This document shows positions 22,850 through 36,244 of a DNA stretch of 64,000 bases, piece by piece. The DNA comes from Podarcis cretensis. Taxonomy: Eukaryota. The stretch covers positions 37,200,001-37,264,000 of the forward strand of contig OX638156.1 of the NCBI GenBank assembly GCA_951804945.1. Direction: 5' to 3'. Below the pieces are notes generated by a model. The model ran no database searches, was not told the origin of the DNA, and worked only from the letters and a program-made list of their open reading frames with translations. Made by a program: the position numbers and the translations under genes. Position 1 is the stretch's first letter; the number at the start of each line of letters is the position of its first letter.

Positions 22850-23589
22850 ATGCCAGGGTTTTGATTAATTGGGGAATGGATTAAGACATAAACTGCAGGG
22901 CTGTGCCAGACTGGGAATTCCTGGGCTGGGTTATGCAAACCAACCTGGCCAAGCTAGGGGAACAATAGAGAGCCATGGAGCGCCCATTGAAGGTAGTTGC
23001 CAGTGCAAGAGAACTGGCCTGAGATGTGAACAGGGACAAGGGTTTGAAAGGTTGCCAGGGTAACTGCTTGGGGGAGAGCAAGGTGCTTCTGGGAAGAAGA
23101 AAGAGGAAGAAGGGGGAGGTCCATCTTGGTGAGGCAGAAGGAAGCCTGCAGTGCTTTGGGCGATGCTGTAAGATCTGAACCCCCTCCATGCAGATGGAAG
23201 GTGCAAACAGGCAAATAAATCCTATTCCTTAAAGCACAACAGCCTCCACTGTGTCTTCTGTGTCTTCTAAAGGTACACAGACTTCATGTGGATGCCTGAG
23301 ATCCCATGCACTCTTGCCATGGCCACTGGTGGAGGAACGGGGGGAGCAGGGGAGTGCACTGCTCCCAGCACCATCGAGGAGGGGGGTACCATTGTGGCTG
23401 TCCTCCCGGACACGTTCCGTGCACCTCCCCTACTGCGTTGGGCACCACACCCCCAGGGCACACACCACGCCCCCAGGACGCGCACCAGCCAAACCCCCGC
23501 TTGCTCTCTGCCCCTGGTGCTGGAGCACGCAGCTTCGCCACTGGCCATGGCTTGGCAGAGAGAGGGACAGGCGCTGGGCTTTTGTAACA
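22850..23589 (+). mobile_element. Old solo LTR interrupted by a hAT MITE
   Basis: aaataaatc..aaagcacaacagcctccactg block as in related copies; ends TGTAACA at 23589; left end uncertain. Confidence 0.5.
23324..23543. mobile_element. hAT-type MITE
   Basis: Perfect 8-bp TSD GCCATGGC (23316-23, 23544-51); imperfect TIR CACTGGTGGAG / CTTCGCCACTG. Confidence 0.85.
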
Positions 23590-23637
23590 ATACCTTTATG
23601 ACACTGCCAGGGGAAGCCATTAGAGGGTTTAAAGTGA

Positions 23638-23840
23638 GGTTTGTTTATTTATTGAGTTTCAATCCCTCCTTTTCCTCCACAGGGTTTAAGGTGGCATATA
23701 TGTTTCTCCCACTCCTAATTAAATCCCCACAATGAGCTTGTGAGGTATGTTAGGCTGAGAGGCAGTAACTGGCCCCCAAGGTCACTCAGTGAGCTTATGG
23801 TTGAATGGGGATTTGAATCCTGGTCTCCTAGGTCTTAGTT
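23638..23840 (-). mobile_element. CORE/MIR-like SINE
   Basis: tgtgaggta.gttaggctgagag..cccaaggtcac.cagtgagct..ggggatttgaa.cctggtctcc. Confidence 0.75.
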
Positions 23841-24849
23841 GCCTGTTCAATAATCACCAGTTCAATTGGTAAACGCCAAGAGGTGTGGTCATACACTCAA
23901 GCAGGAGCTTAGCTCTGGTCCCACTGGGGAGCACCAGGGTGGTGTGGGGCAGGGCAGGACAGTCACATACCTTTCAATGTATATAAAAGAGGGCAAAGTT
24001 TTGTGTTGGCTTCTTTCCCCTCAGAATATGGAAGAGGGGGTGAAAGAGGAGGAAGCCACTGGGGAAAAGGGATTAAAATTGCCCAGCAGGTTCCTCTGCC
24101 ATATCACATTTTGCCAGAGGACACAGAGTGGTTTCACAACAGATCAGGATATCATTTAACTCAATGATTACAAATCCATGAACATCAGCAGCAGCAGGAG
24201 GAGGAGGAGGAGGAAGATGGTGTCAGGAATTCCCTCTCTCAACCATCCTGTGAGAGATAAGCATCAGCGTTTGATTAACTGGCGCTTGAGGGGTGATTTA
24301 TCAGCTTTCAAGCAATTTACAGGTGTGCAAAATGGCTGCGTTTGATGAGGCTCACCTGGTCCCTGGAGTGGTTCTGCCAGGTGTGTCTCCCTCTGCCTTG
24401 AGCCAGGCAGATTCCTGCTCAGACTGGATTGAGTTCTCCATTCATTCCCCTTCTCTCCTGCCCCACCAGCAAAATAAATTAGCTAATGAAACACCTTTTC
24501 CCCTTTTAGTTTTTTACTTCTATCCCACCCACCCCATCCCCGTTGTGGCCATCATGGAACAGCAGCCTGTGCTGACATGAACACAATCTTAGACCCATTT
24601 CACTTTTTGTGTTTATTTAGATGACTTATATGCTGACACCCCCACTTTCAAGGCAGTTTCATATAAATAGCAGAAGCTTGCAAATAATTTACAGAGCACA
24701 GGGCTGTCCCATCCTTCAAGAGAGCTTTGGTGTGGCTTAGCTGACAGACCCATTGTTGCTGATGCCCCACCACCATTATGCCTCCCACTGCTACTGGACC
24801 CCCACCCTCTTCTTCACCCCTCCACCTTGCTCTTCTGCGCTACCACCTC

Positions 24850-24965
24850 TGTGGTGGTGGACTCTTCTTCACTGAAGGTTTTTAAACAGAGTTTGGATGG
24901 CCACCTGTTGGGGATTGTTTAGCTGTGATTCCTCCATTGCAGGGGGTGGAGTAGATGACCCTTTC
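24850..24965 (+). mobile_element. CR1 3' fragment
   Basis: gtggtggactct...tttaaacagag.ttggatggccac...attgcagggg.tgga.tagatgacc. Confidence 0.75.
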
Positions 24966-25379
24966 AGCCCCACCTGAATTTTAGGGGTCTCTGCTTCTTA
25001 GTCATTCTCAGCCTGGTTAACATAAGTGTTGATCTGGTAGATAAAATCCACATGACTTTCTGGGAAGTGGCTGCCATTCTTTCCTTCCATTTATTTATTT
25101 CCTGTTCTTTTAATGCACTTGGTGGATTTGTAAGTTTCAGCAACATGACATGCTGTTGCCCCTAACACTACATGGAAAAATGCAGAGAGTTCTGCCCCAT
25201 AGCCCAGAAACTTAGACTGCCTCTACCCCAGCAGAAATTCCAAGTGCCTACAAAAGTAAGTGAAATAAGTTTTGGGAGAAATCAGTTTTAAGAAATGAGC
25301 CATTCATCCAATGAGATATGGCAATGAGAAAGCAGGGCGGGGGGGAAGAGTTCAGATCAAGAACTGCACAGCTGCAGAT

Positions 25380-26030
25380 CATCAGCATAAAGATGGCATT
25401 GAAAATGAAATGAATGAATAATGGGGCAAAAGTGAGGGGATAGGAAGAGCAATCCTTTTTCAGAAACTCCTACAGAAAATGGGAAAGTTGAAGAAATGGG
25501 ACCATTGAAAGAGACTTCAGGGTAATGAGAAAGTTATAATGGAAACCATGATGAAACCTTATGCAGAAAACCATGATAATGAAGAGAAGAAAGGCGAAGG
25601 GAGTGGACAGCTGTGTCAAAGGCCAAAGAAACATCCAGAAGCATGGAAAACAAACCCTTCAGTTTTGCTGCAAGAAGCTAATTGGAAGGGCAAGTTGGAG
25701 CATGTCTCAGTCGAACGGAAAGAGAGCAAAACCTCTACAACTCAGGTTCAAGAAGGGAATTGGTAGAAATGAAAGGAAAATAAAGAGACAGAAAATATTC
25801 TAGAGACCTCTGGAAATGATATGTAAAAATGGAGGATCAGAGCAGTTTTTTTTAAAAAAATATAAGAGGGCAGACTTCATAGTGCAAAAGAACCAGGAGA
25901 CAAAGTAAATAAAGAATAAAGAAGAAAATATTTATCGGGTAATTAATTCCAAAGGAGGAGGAGGAGGAACTAGATTGAGAAGACAGACAGTAACATAAGA
26001 AGGGAAGGAGAGAGGACAGACCTTCTAGAG
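25380..26030 (+). mobile_element. Possible old L1 ORF1 remnant
   Basis: Purine-rich decayed reading; atggaggatcagagcag...aatataaga resembles MEDQSR..NIR. Confidence 0.3.
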
Positions 26031-27002
26031 TCACCCTAGAACAACAAGGGAAGAAACTTCTGTCCCAGGCCCAGCTTCAAACAGGGAACCTGGCACAGAT
26101 TCAGAAGGAGGCAGCCTGAGCTGTGGCACAGGAGACTCAGGAACTTTGGGGTCTTGTCTCCCAGAGCCCCTTAAGTGTGACCTTCAATAGTCAGAGTCCC
26201 CTGAAGAGCTGGAAATCTGCTGAGGAGCCCCTTCCCTGTCCCCCTAGGACCTCCTGATATCCACCAGGTTGGGAGCTGTCCAAGGTACTGCCACTCCAGG
26301 CATAAGAAGAGCCCTGCTGCCTCAGGCTACAGGGGGCCCATCTAGTCTAGCATCCTGTTCTCACAGTGACTGACCAGATGCCTATGGGAAGGCTGCAAGC
26401 AGGACTCAAGCGCAAAAGCACTTTCCCCACTTGTGATTCCCAGCAACTGGGACAGTGGAGGTAGAACATAGCCATTCTGGCTAGTAGCCATTGTTAGCCT
26501 CCATCAACTAGTCTAATCTTCTTTTAAAGCTAAGTTGGTGGCCGTCACAACTTTATTGTATTTTTTTTTAAAAATAATATTTATTAGCAGTTTAAAGATT
26601 ACAAAAGAAAAGAAAAAGAATTATACAAGACAATACAATACAAAAACAAAACACCACACAACCCAAACCCTAAAACATTGAATCAACCAAACAAAACAAA
26701 AACAATTAAAAACACATCCAATAATTTCGATATCATAACTTTCGTTCACTTGTTTCAGTGACCTCCTCACACCTCCCTTTTTGTAATCCACTTCAATTAA
26801 CTGTTTCAGCAATTCCTTTCCATCTTCCTCTGTTTTCTGTCCTGTAATTTATCTTAACATATTCTAACCTCGTTTTTTCCCTTTAATACATTTACAATCT
26901 GTCTGTACCTAATTCCTTATAACATTTCTGCTAAAGCCATATAACTTCATTCCATCATTTTTCTAACATTCATTAATTTTACAATATTTCTGTAAATAAT
27001 CT

Positions 27003-28463
27003 TTAAACTTTTTTCCAGTCTTCTTCCACCGACTCTTCTCCCTGGTCTCGGATTCTGCCAGTCATTTCCGCCAGTTCCATATAGTCCATCAACTTCATCT
27101 GCCATTCTTCCCAGGTGGGTAAATCTTGTGTCTTCCAATACTTCGCAATGAGTATTCTTGCTGCTGTTGTTGCATACATAAAGAAAGTTCTGTCCTTCTT
27201 TGGCACCAATTGGCCGACCATGCCCAGGAGAAAGGCCTCTGGTTTCTTCAGGAAGGTATATTTGAATACCTTTTTCATTTCATTATAAATCATCTCCCAG
27301 AATGTCTTAATCCTTGGGCATGTCCACCAAAGGTGAAAGAATGTACCTTCAATCTCATTACATTTCCAACATTTATTGTCGGGCAAATGGTAAGTTTTTG
27401 CAAGCTTGACTGGTGTCATGTACCACCTATAAATCATTTTCATTAAATTCTCTCTTAGGGCATTACATGCCGTAAATTTCATACCTGTGGTCCATAACTG
27501 TTCCCAGTCAGCCATCATAATGTTATGTCCAACATCTTGTGCCCATTTAATCATAGCAGATTTCACCGTTTCATCCTGAGTGTTCCATTTCAACAGCAAG
27601 TTATACATTCTTGACAAATTCTTAATTTTGGGATCTAGCAATTCTGTTTCCAATTTTGATTTTTCCACCTGGAAGCCAACTTTTTTGTCCAAATTATATG
27701 CCTCCATTATTTGGTAATAATGAAGCCAATCTCGCACTTTGTTTTTTAATTTTTCAAAGCTCTGCAGTTTTTCTCTGTCTCCATCTTGTTCCAAAATTTC
27801 CCAATATTTCGGCCATTTGGCCTCCATATTGAGTTTTTTCTGTGCCTTCGCTTCCATTGGTGACAACCATCTTGGGGTTTTATTTTCTAACAAATCCTTA
27901 TATCTTATCCAAACATTAAACAGTGCTTTTCTAACAATGTGGTTTTTAAACGCTTTATGTGCTTTTACTTTATCATACCACAAATATGCATGCCAACCAA
28001 ATACATTGTTAAAACCTTCTAAATCCAGCACATCAGTGTTTTCAAGAAGCAGCCATTCTTTCAGCCAGCAAAAAGCAGCTGATTCATAGTAAAGTTTAAG
28101 GTCTGGCAGGGCAAATCCACCTCTTTCTTTAGCATCAGTTAATATCTTAAATTTTATTCGAGGCTTCTCTCCCTTCTTGCTCTGCCACTTCTTGAAACAA
28201 TCCATCTTGTCTATAATTTGCAATGTTTGAAACAAGAACAACATCCTTGGCAATACATTCATTTTTATCGCAGCAATTCGACCTAGCAATGATAGCTTCA
28301 AATTTGACCATATTTCTAAGTCCTTTTTCACTTCAATCCAACATTTTTCATAATTATCCTTAAACAGGTTCACATTCTTGGCAGTCATGTTAACCCCTAA
28401 ATATTTCACTTTCTTGACCAATGTTAATCCTGTCTCCTCCTGGAACTTCTCTCTCTCATTCAC
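27003..28463 (-). pseudogene. L1 ORF2 C-terminal half (RT end and CCHC knuckle), disrupted
   Basis: 486-aa open stretch with KYLG, LSLLGRIAAIKMNVLP, GGFALPD, CWKC-x8-HLWWTC; a short in-frame loss near KKWQSKKGEKP. Confidence 0.92.
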
Positions 28464-28477
28464 AGTTAATTTTTTTA

Positions 28478-29220
28478 AAAAAAATAATATTTAATTAGAT
28501 TTTAGAGATAAAAAATTCAGAAAAATGCAAAAAGTCAAAAATACAAAAATAGAAAATCACAGAATACAAAAATACAGACATTAAAGCATAAAAAAGAGAA
28601 AAAAGAAATAAAAAAGAAATAAAAAACAAAAATCTCTCTTTTTTAAAAATCTCTCATGTTTGATTAACTTATTTTCCTGACTTCCTCACATCTCCCTTTT
28701 TTGTATCCCTTTTGAAATTTTATTCAGCAAATTCATCAACACTATTTAATTTATCTATTTATCTATTACGAGTCCACCTTTAACCTTGTTACTAGAACCC
28801 CTTCAATTCAAATCAATGCCATCAACATTCAAAAATTTTACAATGTTTCTGTAAATAAATTTTAAATTTCCTCCAATCTTCTTCCACCAATTCTTCTCCC
28901 TGGTCTCGGATTCTGCCAGTCATCTCCGCCAGTTCCATATAGTCCATCAATTGCGTCTGCCATTCTTCCAGTGTGGGTAGGTCTTGTGTCTTCCAATACC
29001 TTTTTTATTTCATTATAGATCATCTCCCAGAAAGCCTTAATCCTTGGGCACGTCCACCAAAGGTGAAAGAACGTACCTTCAGTTTCTTTGCATTTCCAAC
29101 ATTTATTATCGGGCAAATGATATATTTTTGCAAGCTTGACTGGGGTCATGTACCACCTGTACATCATTTTCATAATATTCTCTCTTAGGGCATTGCATGC
29201 CATGAATTTAATCCCAGTGG
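28478..29220 (-). mobile_element. Nested 5'-truncated L1 (inner copy B)
   Basis: Own 3' UTR and A-tail; TSD CACAGTTAA(A)TTTTTT at 28461-76 and 29221-36; the host ORF2 rejoins as EKNLTV|NEREKF. Confidence 0.9.
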
Positions 29221-29604
29221 CACAGTTAAATTTTTCTCTAAGACCTTAGTTTTCATTTTATTCAACTTGAAGCCTGCTACCTGTCCAAATTCTTGAATCA
29301 GTTCCAGTACCCTTTTGGTACTAGATTCTGGCTCCTGTAAAGTCAATACTAAGTCATCAGCAAATGCTTTCAGTTTGTACTGTTTAGCTCCCACTTGTAT
29401 ACCTTTAACCTCCTGGTCCTTTCTAATCATATTTAACAATACCTCCAGGACCGATATGAAAAGCAATGGAGAGATTGGGCAGCCTTGTCGTGTTTCTTTC
29501 TCAATCTTAAACTCTTCTGTCACTACATTGTTCACAATTAATTTTGCCTTTTGTTCTGAATAAATTGCACCTATACCATTTTCAAAGCCTTGACCTACCC
29601 CCAA
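29221..29604 (-). pseudogene. L1 ORF2 RT core fragment of copy A
   Basis: TRQGCPISPLLF, AFADDLV, GFKLNKMKT motifs. Confidence 0.92.
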
Positions 29605-29883
29605 CCACTGTAGATTCTTCTTCCATCACAACTTTATTGTAAGAACAAATTCCAAAGTTTAACAAAGCACTATGTGAAAAGGTGCTTTATTTTATCTGTC
29701 CTGAATCTTCCAAAATGCAGCTCCGCTGGATGGCCCCAAGTTCTAGTGTTATGAAAGATGGAGAAAAAATACTTCTCTATCCACTTTATCCCTGCCATGC
29801 ATCATTATATTCACCTCCATCATATCTCCTTTTCCTTACCTTTTATCTAAACCAAAAAGCCCTGAATATTGCTTTCTCTGGCC

Positions 29884-30016
29884 CAGGTGTGGGGAACCTT
29901 TGGTCTTGCAGATGCTTCTGAGCTACAACTCGCAACGACCCTGGCCAATGCGGTCAATGGCCAGGGATGATGGGAGCCATCGTTCAGCAACATCTGGAGG
30001 ACCAGAGGTTCCGCAG
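29884..30016. mobile_element. Palindromic hAT-type MITE (degraded)
   Basis: ggaacctttggtc..cagatg / catctggaggaccagaggttcc inverted arms; same family as 61714-61849. Confidence 0.7.
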
Positions 30017-30124
30017 TATTTCAAATGTGATTGCACCATCAATTTATATAATGGCATTATGATACTGGTCATTTTATTCCAATTCCTTTCCTAAGTATCC
30101 CTACTGCCCTGATTCCCTCTAAGT

Positions 30125-30376
30125 CAGGGGTCAGCAAACTTTTTCAGCAGGGGGCTGGTCCACTGTCCCTCAGACCTTGTGGGGGGCTGGACTATATTTT
30201 GAAGGGGGGGGAATGAACAAATTCCTATGCCCCACAAATAACCCAGAGGTGCATTTTAAATAAAAGGACACATTCTACTCATGTAAAAACACACTGATTC
30301 CTGGACCATCCGCGGGCCGGATTTAGAAGGCTATTGGGCTGGATCCGGCCCCTGGGCCTTAGTTTGCCTACCCATG
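30125..30376. mobile_element. hAT (Charlie-like) MITE
   Basis: TIR CAGGGGTCAGCAAACT / AGTTTGCCTACCCATG; 8-bp TSD CTCTAAGT / CTCTAATT. Confidence 0.88.
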
Positions 30377-30497
30377 CTCTAATTACTCTGATTTAGACTA
30401 GGAGTGGGAGGTACTTGAGAAAGAGGGCTCTGAAGGAGAGGGAGCAGGAATGAGACAACAGAGGAGAGACCTCTTGTTGACTACCCTCCCACCTTAT

Positions 30498-30633
30498 GGA
30501 ATCATAGAATTGTGGAGTTGGAAGGGGCCCAAAACCCCCTGCAATGCAGTAATCACAGCTAAAGAATCACTGGCAGGTGGCCATCCAACCTGTGCTTAAA
30601 AACCTCCAGTGAAGGAGACTCCACAACCTTCCA
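30498..30633 (-). mobile_element. CR1 3' fragment
   Basis: gaatcatagaattgtggagttggaaggg, reverse complement of the octamer tail. Confidence 0.8.
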
Positions 30634-30638
30634 ATATA

Positions 30639-30864
30639 CAGTGGTACCTCGGGTTACATATGCTTCAGGTTACAGCCTCAGCTAACCCAGAAATATTACA
30701 TCAGGTTAAGAACTTTGCTTCAGGATGAGAACAGAAATCATGCTCCGGTGGCGCAGCAGCAGCAGGAGGCCCCATTAGCTAAAGTGGTGCTTCAGGTTAA
30801 GAACAGTTTCAGGTTAAGAACAGACCTTCAGAACAACTTAAGTTCTTAACCCGAGGTACCACTA
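30639..30864. mobile_element. Tc1/mariner-pogo MITE
   Basis: CAGTGGTACCTCGGGTTA / TAACCCGAGGTACCACTA with TA flanks. Confidence 0.9.
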
Positions 30865-30899
30865 TAGTTCATTCCCCTTAATACTTATTCCTCATAGGT

Positions 30900-31560
30900 A
30901 CCGCTGCAAATACTAAGGGTAAGTAAATCCCATCTTTCCCAATCAAGAGATATATCTGTCATCAATCTATGTCAATTCACTTTAATCATTTGAGAAATGT
31001 TTCTAGGAACCAAAATGCCTAAACATTTTATAACCTCTGGGCACCAACAAAATTGGCCACTTTCCAGTCCTGAGGCACAGAGGCTGATCTTAAGGGAAAG
31101 TTGCATATTTTTGTAAGAAGATCAGCAATTTCACATTTGAGTTCTTTCCAAATTATCAAGTGGACCTAGTGATTTGTCAGTTTTTCTTTTGTCAATAAGA
31201 CCTGGAACTTCCTCTCTCATCACCATGATTTGTCTCTGTTCCTCAGACTCTTCCTGCGAAAATGAGTTCAGCCACAAGGATCTGTGTGCTATGTCTCCTA
31301 CTATAAAGGCTTATGCATAGAATTCAGTCAGCTTCTCTGCAGTCTCCTTAGCTTTTCTTAGACTTCCTTGTTCAAAGTGACACCCATCTCCCTGGCCAGC
31401 CAGTCTCCTGCTACAAATTAAGATAAAGAAAACTTTGTTGATAGTATTTGTTTTTAGCAATGTGCTCCTTAAATTCTTTTTTAGCATCCTTTATTGCCTG
31501 CTTGCATTTCTTTTGCCAAAGTTTGCCACTTTGGCATCCATTTTAGACTTCTTTCTGTAT
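30900..31560 (-). mobile_element. CR1 ORF2 internal remnant
   Basis: gatcagcaatttcacatttgagttcttt (KELKCEIAD) and neighbouring EN-RT linker motifs on the minus strand. Confidence 0.65.
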
Positions 31561-33957
31561 CTTCACAACAGCCATGTGAGGTAGGAACAATGACGAGTTT
31601 AAAATATTGAACTGCTTGGCATGGTTTTGCTGACATTGATCCATATGGGCAAACTGGATTGTATTTGTCTTTTGCCTTAAAGATCAGGAGCGACAGGAGC
31701 TATCCAAACATGGAGAGACAGCAAGGAGGCACTCAGTGGCCTAGCTTTGAGGGTGTCTTTTAGAGTATCTCATCATCTCACAATGACTGATGCTCATTCT
31801 CACTTTTAAAAATTTTAAAAGATATGATCATGTTGCCCCAATGTTACTTTTGTTTTCTTTTTCCCGGTAACTTTTTTGTTTCTGTTTTTGCATGGATTAA
31901 TATTGGCATTGGGGTAGAGCCTTTAATGACTGTGTGAAAGGCCGTAATCCAACAGGGCAAGCATTTTCTAGTATGTAAACACCATTAAGGGGAAAACGTC
32001 ATCTGTTGACATTCTGTCCGTCAGACATCTTATTCCTTGTGTGTGGCCCCTGATTTATGAAGAAAGGGCATGAATTTGCCTATGACAACATAGATGCAAA
32101 TTTGTACCTTCTTTTGCCAGTGCAGCAGAAGGCCCAATCTATATCCTGTGAACTGGGCCTAGAAAATTATCCTTGGTGGCATCCCTGCCTTATTGGTGCT
32201 TTCCCCCTGGTCCTCCCTTCGCCAGGAACCTCCTCATTCACAGCTTCTCCCTTATAGTCATAGCAGAACAGGTGAGAAGAAATAGCAATAAAATGTAAGG
32301 TAGAAGAGAAAGGAAGGGGGAAATTGGAGAAAACATATCCCATAAGAATTCACCAAAAGCCTTTAGAGAAGAGGAATCATTCAAGTTAGAACAGGAGATG
32401 AGGGATTATTGTGAAGAAAGAAAATAAAATTGCTTAGCTGGAAAAAATAAGAAGGCACAAACCCTGTAAGTCATTGGGTGCTGGTAATTGTAGCTCTGTG
32501 TGGCTTTAAAGGCGGACTAAATCTGAATTCTCCTCATCCCAAGCTCCAGCCTAGGGGATGTGGGTGACCCTCTTCCTTTGTTCAACCTGCATAACTTTAG
32601 GGTAAAAGAGTAGCCATGTTAGGGACTCTCCCCGCCCCCCGCCCCTCCACAGACTGGAATTGACATGCAACAAGGTTCGTGCTTAGTCTAAACCCCCATC
32701 TCGGCCTCTGAAAGGACACATTATACAAATCTTCCCGCGGTCTTGAAATCCCCTAAAACGTGATTGTGTCAGACATTCTTCTGTGCCAAGGCATCTTTTC
32801 CTCCCTCCCTTATTCAGAATTCCAGTATCAGAGAGTATAACCTTGGAAAAGTATTCACTGGGGAGCACACACAGAGTCAATAATTCATGCTGCTTCTGCT
32901 GGGCGGCGGGGGGGGGGGCAGGGGGGCGTTTGGCTGGCCTCCGATATGATATACAGAATAATGCATTAATGACTGCCCCTCCACCACGCTGTAGAGAGAT
33001 TTTTACACCTTCCTTCTGCCCCCTCCCCATTAAAAACCCCAAAGTTATTTAAAAGGCAACTCTGACCACATGTGCAGAAATCTGCATGGGATTGTTTTGA
33101 ATTGTTTCCTTGTTGGTGTGGGAGAGAGCAGCCTCCTCCCTCCCTAAGCTGGTCCGGAACTGGAGGAAAGTCAGACCCACAAGCCTCTAATTCTCTTAAT
33201 ATTAATCCAACAATCGATATGCTTTGGGCCCATTGGAGTTTTGATGGACAGAAATAAATAAAGCGTTGCCACCTAACTAAGCTCAGTAGGTATGATGTTT
33301 TCCTGATGTCATATATCTGCCTTAAAGACGATCACTTCTTCATTAAAGACCCCAAATAAGAACAACCTCTAATGCGGTTTGGGGCCCACAGCTTTCCCAC
33401 CTGCAGTTTAAATGCAAAAGATTTAATGATTTAGAAACCAGAAGAATAACTAAAGAGCCCAACAGTCATTATCTCAAATAATGAGACTTTTTAATGCAAA
33501 ATCAATGTTTGTTATAATGAAAATAGATTCAGCAGTTCCTGCAGGCCCAGATGTACAAATCTTCCTGGCTGGGGAATAAAATGTGGCTCCATATTTCCAC
33601 CACCCTGCTGGAGATTTTTTATCCAGGAGTAAAAATAAAATGTCAGACGTTATTTACTGCTATCAACTGTTTGTTCTCAGTCAGAAGTTTTAGCTGAGAC
33701 AGGATTCATACAGAAAACAATCCTGAGTGAATAGTTAAGGGTGGAAATGGGGACAGAACTGCCCCCACCCCACAATGACCCCTCTTCCCATAAATCCCCG
33801 TTTTAGCTGCACAATGAGTGTTGGCAGTGGATGCGCAGAAGCTTTAAGAAGGCAGCATCCTGTGGAGGGGAAACCTGCAACAGTGAAAATCGCGACATAC
33901 CTTTACATTTATATCTGTTGAAATCCATTCTGTTTGTTTGTTTCTCTCTATTGGGAT

Positions 33958-34297
33958 AAGGTAAAGGTACCCCTGCCCGTCAGGGCCAGTCATGACCAAC
34001 TCTAGGGTTGCGCGCTCATCTCGCTCAAGAGGCCGGGAGCCGGCATTGTCCGGAGACACTTCCGGGTCATGTGGCCAGCGTGACGAAGCTGCATCTGGCA
34101 AGCCAGCACCAACGCAGCACACGGAAACGCCATTTACCTTCCCGCTAGAAAGCGGTCCCTATTTATCTACTTGCACTTAGGGGTGCTTTCGAACTGCTAG
34201 GACGGGAGCTCACCCCACTGTGGGGATTCGAACTGCTGACCTTTCGATCAGCAAGTCCTAGGCTCTGTGGTTTAACCCACAGCACCACCCACGTCCC
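33958..34297 (-). mobile_element. Sauria SINE
   Basis: aaggtaaaggta tail, ctatttatctacttgcac body, ggattcgaac B-box, cgtccc head. Confidence 0.95.
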
Positions 34298-35921
34298 TCA
34301 GTTGACTCAATTACCTATTGAAACCCTTTAGTATGCAAAGCATGCAGCATGTCACCAGTCAATCTTAGGTACAGAGTAGACTTTACCTGTTGCAACCACA
34401 CACTGAAAGAAATGCTTGTGGGGAAGAAAATAATAAAATTATTTATTGTAGGGAATTCATAACTTGGATAGAAAATGTTCCTGGTTCTAGCCTAATTTGC
34501 TAATCTAGAAAAGAACAAGGTGGCTATGCTGGCTCCTTTGTTCTGTAAGTGAATAGTTAAGGGCAACTTGCTTTCCCTTTTTTTTTTAAGGAGGATAAGA
34601 ACACGCGCACACACAAACACATGAAGATATATGCCAAGTTCATTTACTGAATGCTCCTAAAATTGACTGAGCGAGGGATCCAGCAGGTCCTGTCCCTCAG
34701 CTCCCTGCTCTGATCCTGGAAAACCTGGGCTGAATCTGCACATTTATAAACAACACTGTGACAATGCTTTTTAAAGAAACGTTTTAAAATATATATGGAA
34801 TTTCACATTAGCTTAACTGTGCCATCTAGTGTAACATTTGTATAATGCACTTAAAACTCACTTAAAATGTTCTATTTGCAGCAATATAGCTGAGTCCCTG
34901 GATGCAACATGGATGTTCAGCAAATCCTTGCCTCGCGGTGCCTTGCCAACATCATCTGGCCAAAAATATCCAGCTCTTTGCACTAACTTCCCTCATGGTT
35001 CATTTTCTAGACTATTGTGTGAAGGGCAGGCAGGAGGGAGTATGTTTTAAGCAGCTCTATATACTGCAAACCCCCCCCCTTTACAGGTGTATTTGCAAGC
35101 TCCGCAATGAACTGGGCCAATCAGCCGTGCCCTCAGGTGCCCAGTCCTGTCTGGGACAGAGCGCAGAGGAGGATTGCTTTGGACTGCTCATGCAATCAGG
35201 GTGTTTCAGATGGCAAAATGTGGTCATTTTTGACAACTCTGTGGCAAGCTTAATTTCAGGCCAAAACGGCTGCTGCAATATTCGAAGACACAGTGAGATA
35301 ATTTCACATGTAAAAGTGCGGGGAGGACGTCATGTAAATTAGTCACAAAAATCTAAAGATACTTTGTTCCCTCTCCCTTCTGGGAGAAAAATCAGGTTCT
35401 ATTAAGACTGAAATAACCATTGCAGAAAAAGCCCACAGACCATTCACACAGAATATCTATTTTAAACTCAGTCCAAAACTTTTCTGGAGGGAAAAATACC
35501 CTGAGACTGAGATACAGCAAGAAGCACAATTTGCATTTCAACGCAAATCATTCCAAAGGTGCAGACAGGAATGCAACTGAGGGCTTTGCCATGCATGGCA
35601 CTCTGCGGAGGGGGTTGTAGGCCCAGAAATTGCATATTCATATCCCTGAAGAGACTGGGGGCTAGTCAGTCCTGCCTCTTCTCAAGAGTCCTTTGTGTGA
35701 ATATTATTTGGTGGCAGCTGGGACTGGTGTTCCCGTCTCCCCTCCCCACAAGACTGCTACAGTCTCCATGAGGTGTGATCACCATATGATAGAAGGATGA
35801 ACTGCTTCTTCACACAGCGCTCAGATGTACTGTGGTATTTGTCACCAGCATAGATGGCTTTAAGAGAGGTTGAGGCAGATTTGTGGAGGCTGGGGCTATG
35901 AATGGATCCTAGATGCAATCA

Positions 35922-36244
35922 TGAAGGAGCGTCTCCACCCCCATCGTTCAGCCCAGACACTGAGATCCAGCGCCGAGGGCCTTCTGGTGGTTCCCTCATT
36001 GCGAGAAGTAAGGTTACAGGGAACCAGGCAGAGGGTCTTCTCGGTAGTGGCGCCTGCCCTGTGGAATGCCCTCCCAGCAGATGTCAAAGCAATAAACAAC
36101 TATTTTACTTTTAAAAGACAACTGAAGGCAGCCCTCTTTAGGGAAGTTTTTAATGTCTGATGCTGTACTGTTTTTAATATTCAGTTGGAAGCCGCCCAGA
36201 GTGGCTGGGGAAACCCAGCCAGGTGGGCGGGGTATAAATAATAA

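Larger units (their letters stand above)
26561..29625 (-). mobile_element. 5'-truncated L1 (outer copy A)
   Basis: 16-bp TSD TCACAACTTTATTGTA at 26545-60 and 29626-41; RT motifs RQGCPISPLLF and FADD; poly(A) at 26561-69. Confidence 0.93.
26300..29870 (-). mobile_element. CR1 3' fragment split by an L1 insertion (26300-26544 and 29642-29870)
   Basis: CR1 tail motifs resume collinearly on both sides of the L1 TSD. Confidence 0.75.

Noticed and set aside
28990-29010. L1 internal deletion as a spliced GT-AG intron
   Set aside because: The junction has AAGGTATTGG, one G more than precise splicing would leave; GTATT microhomology explains it.
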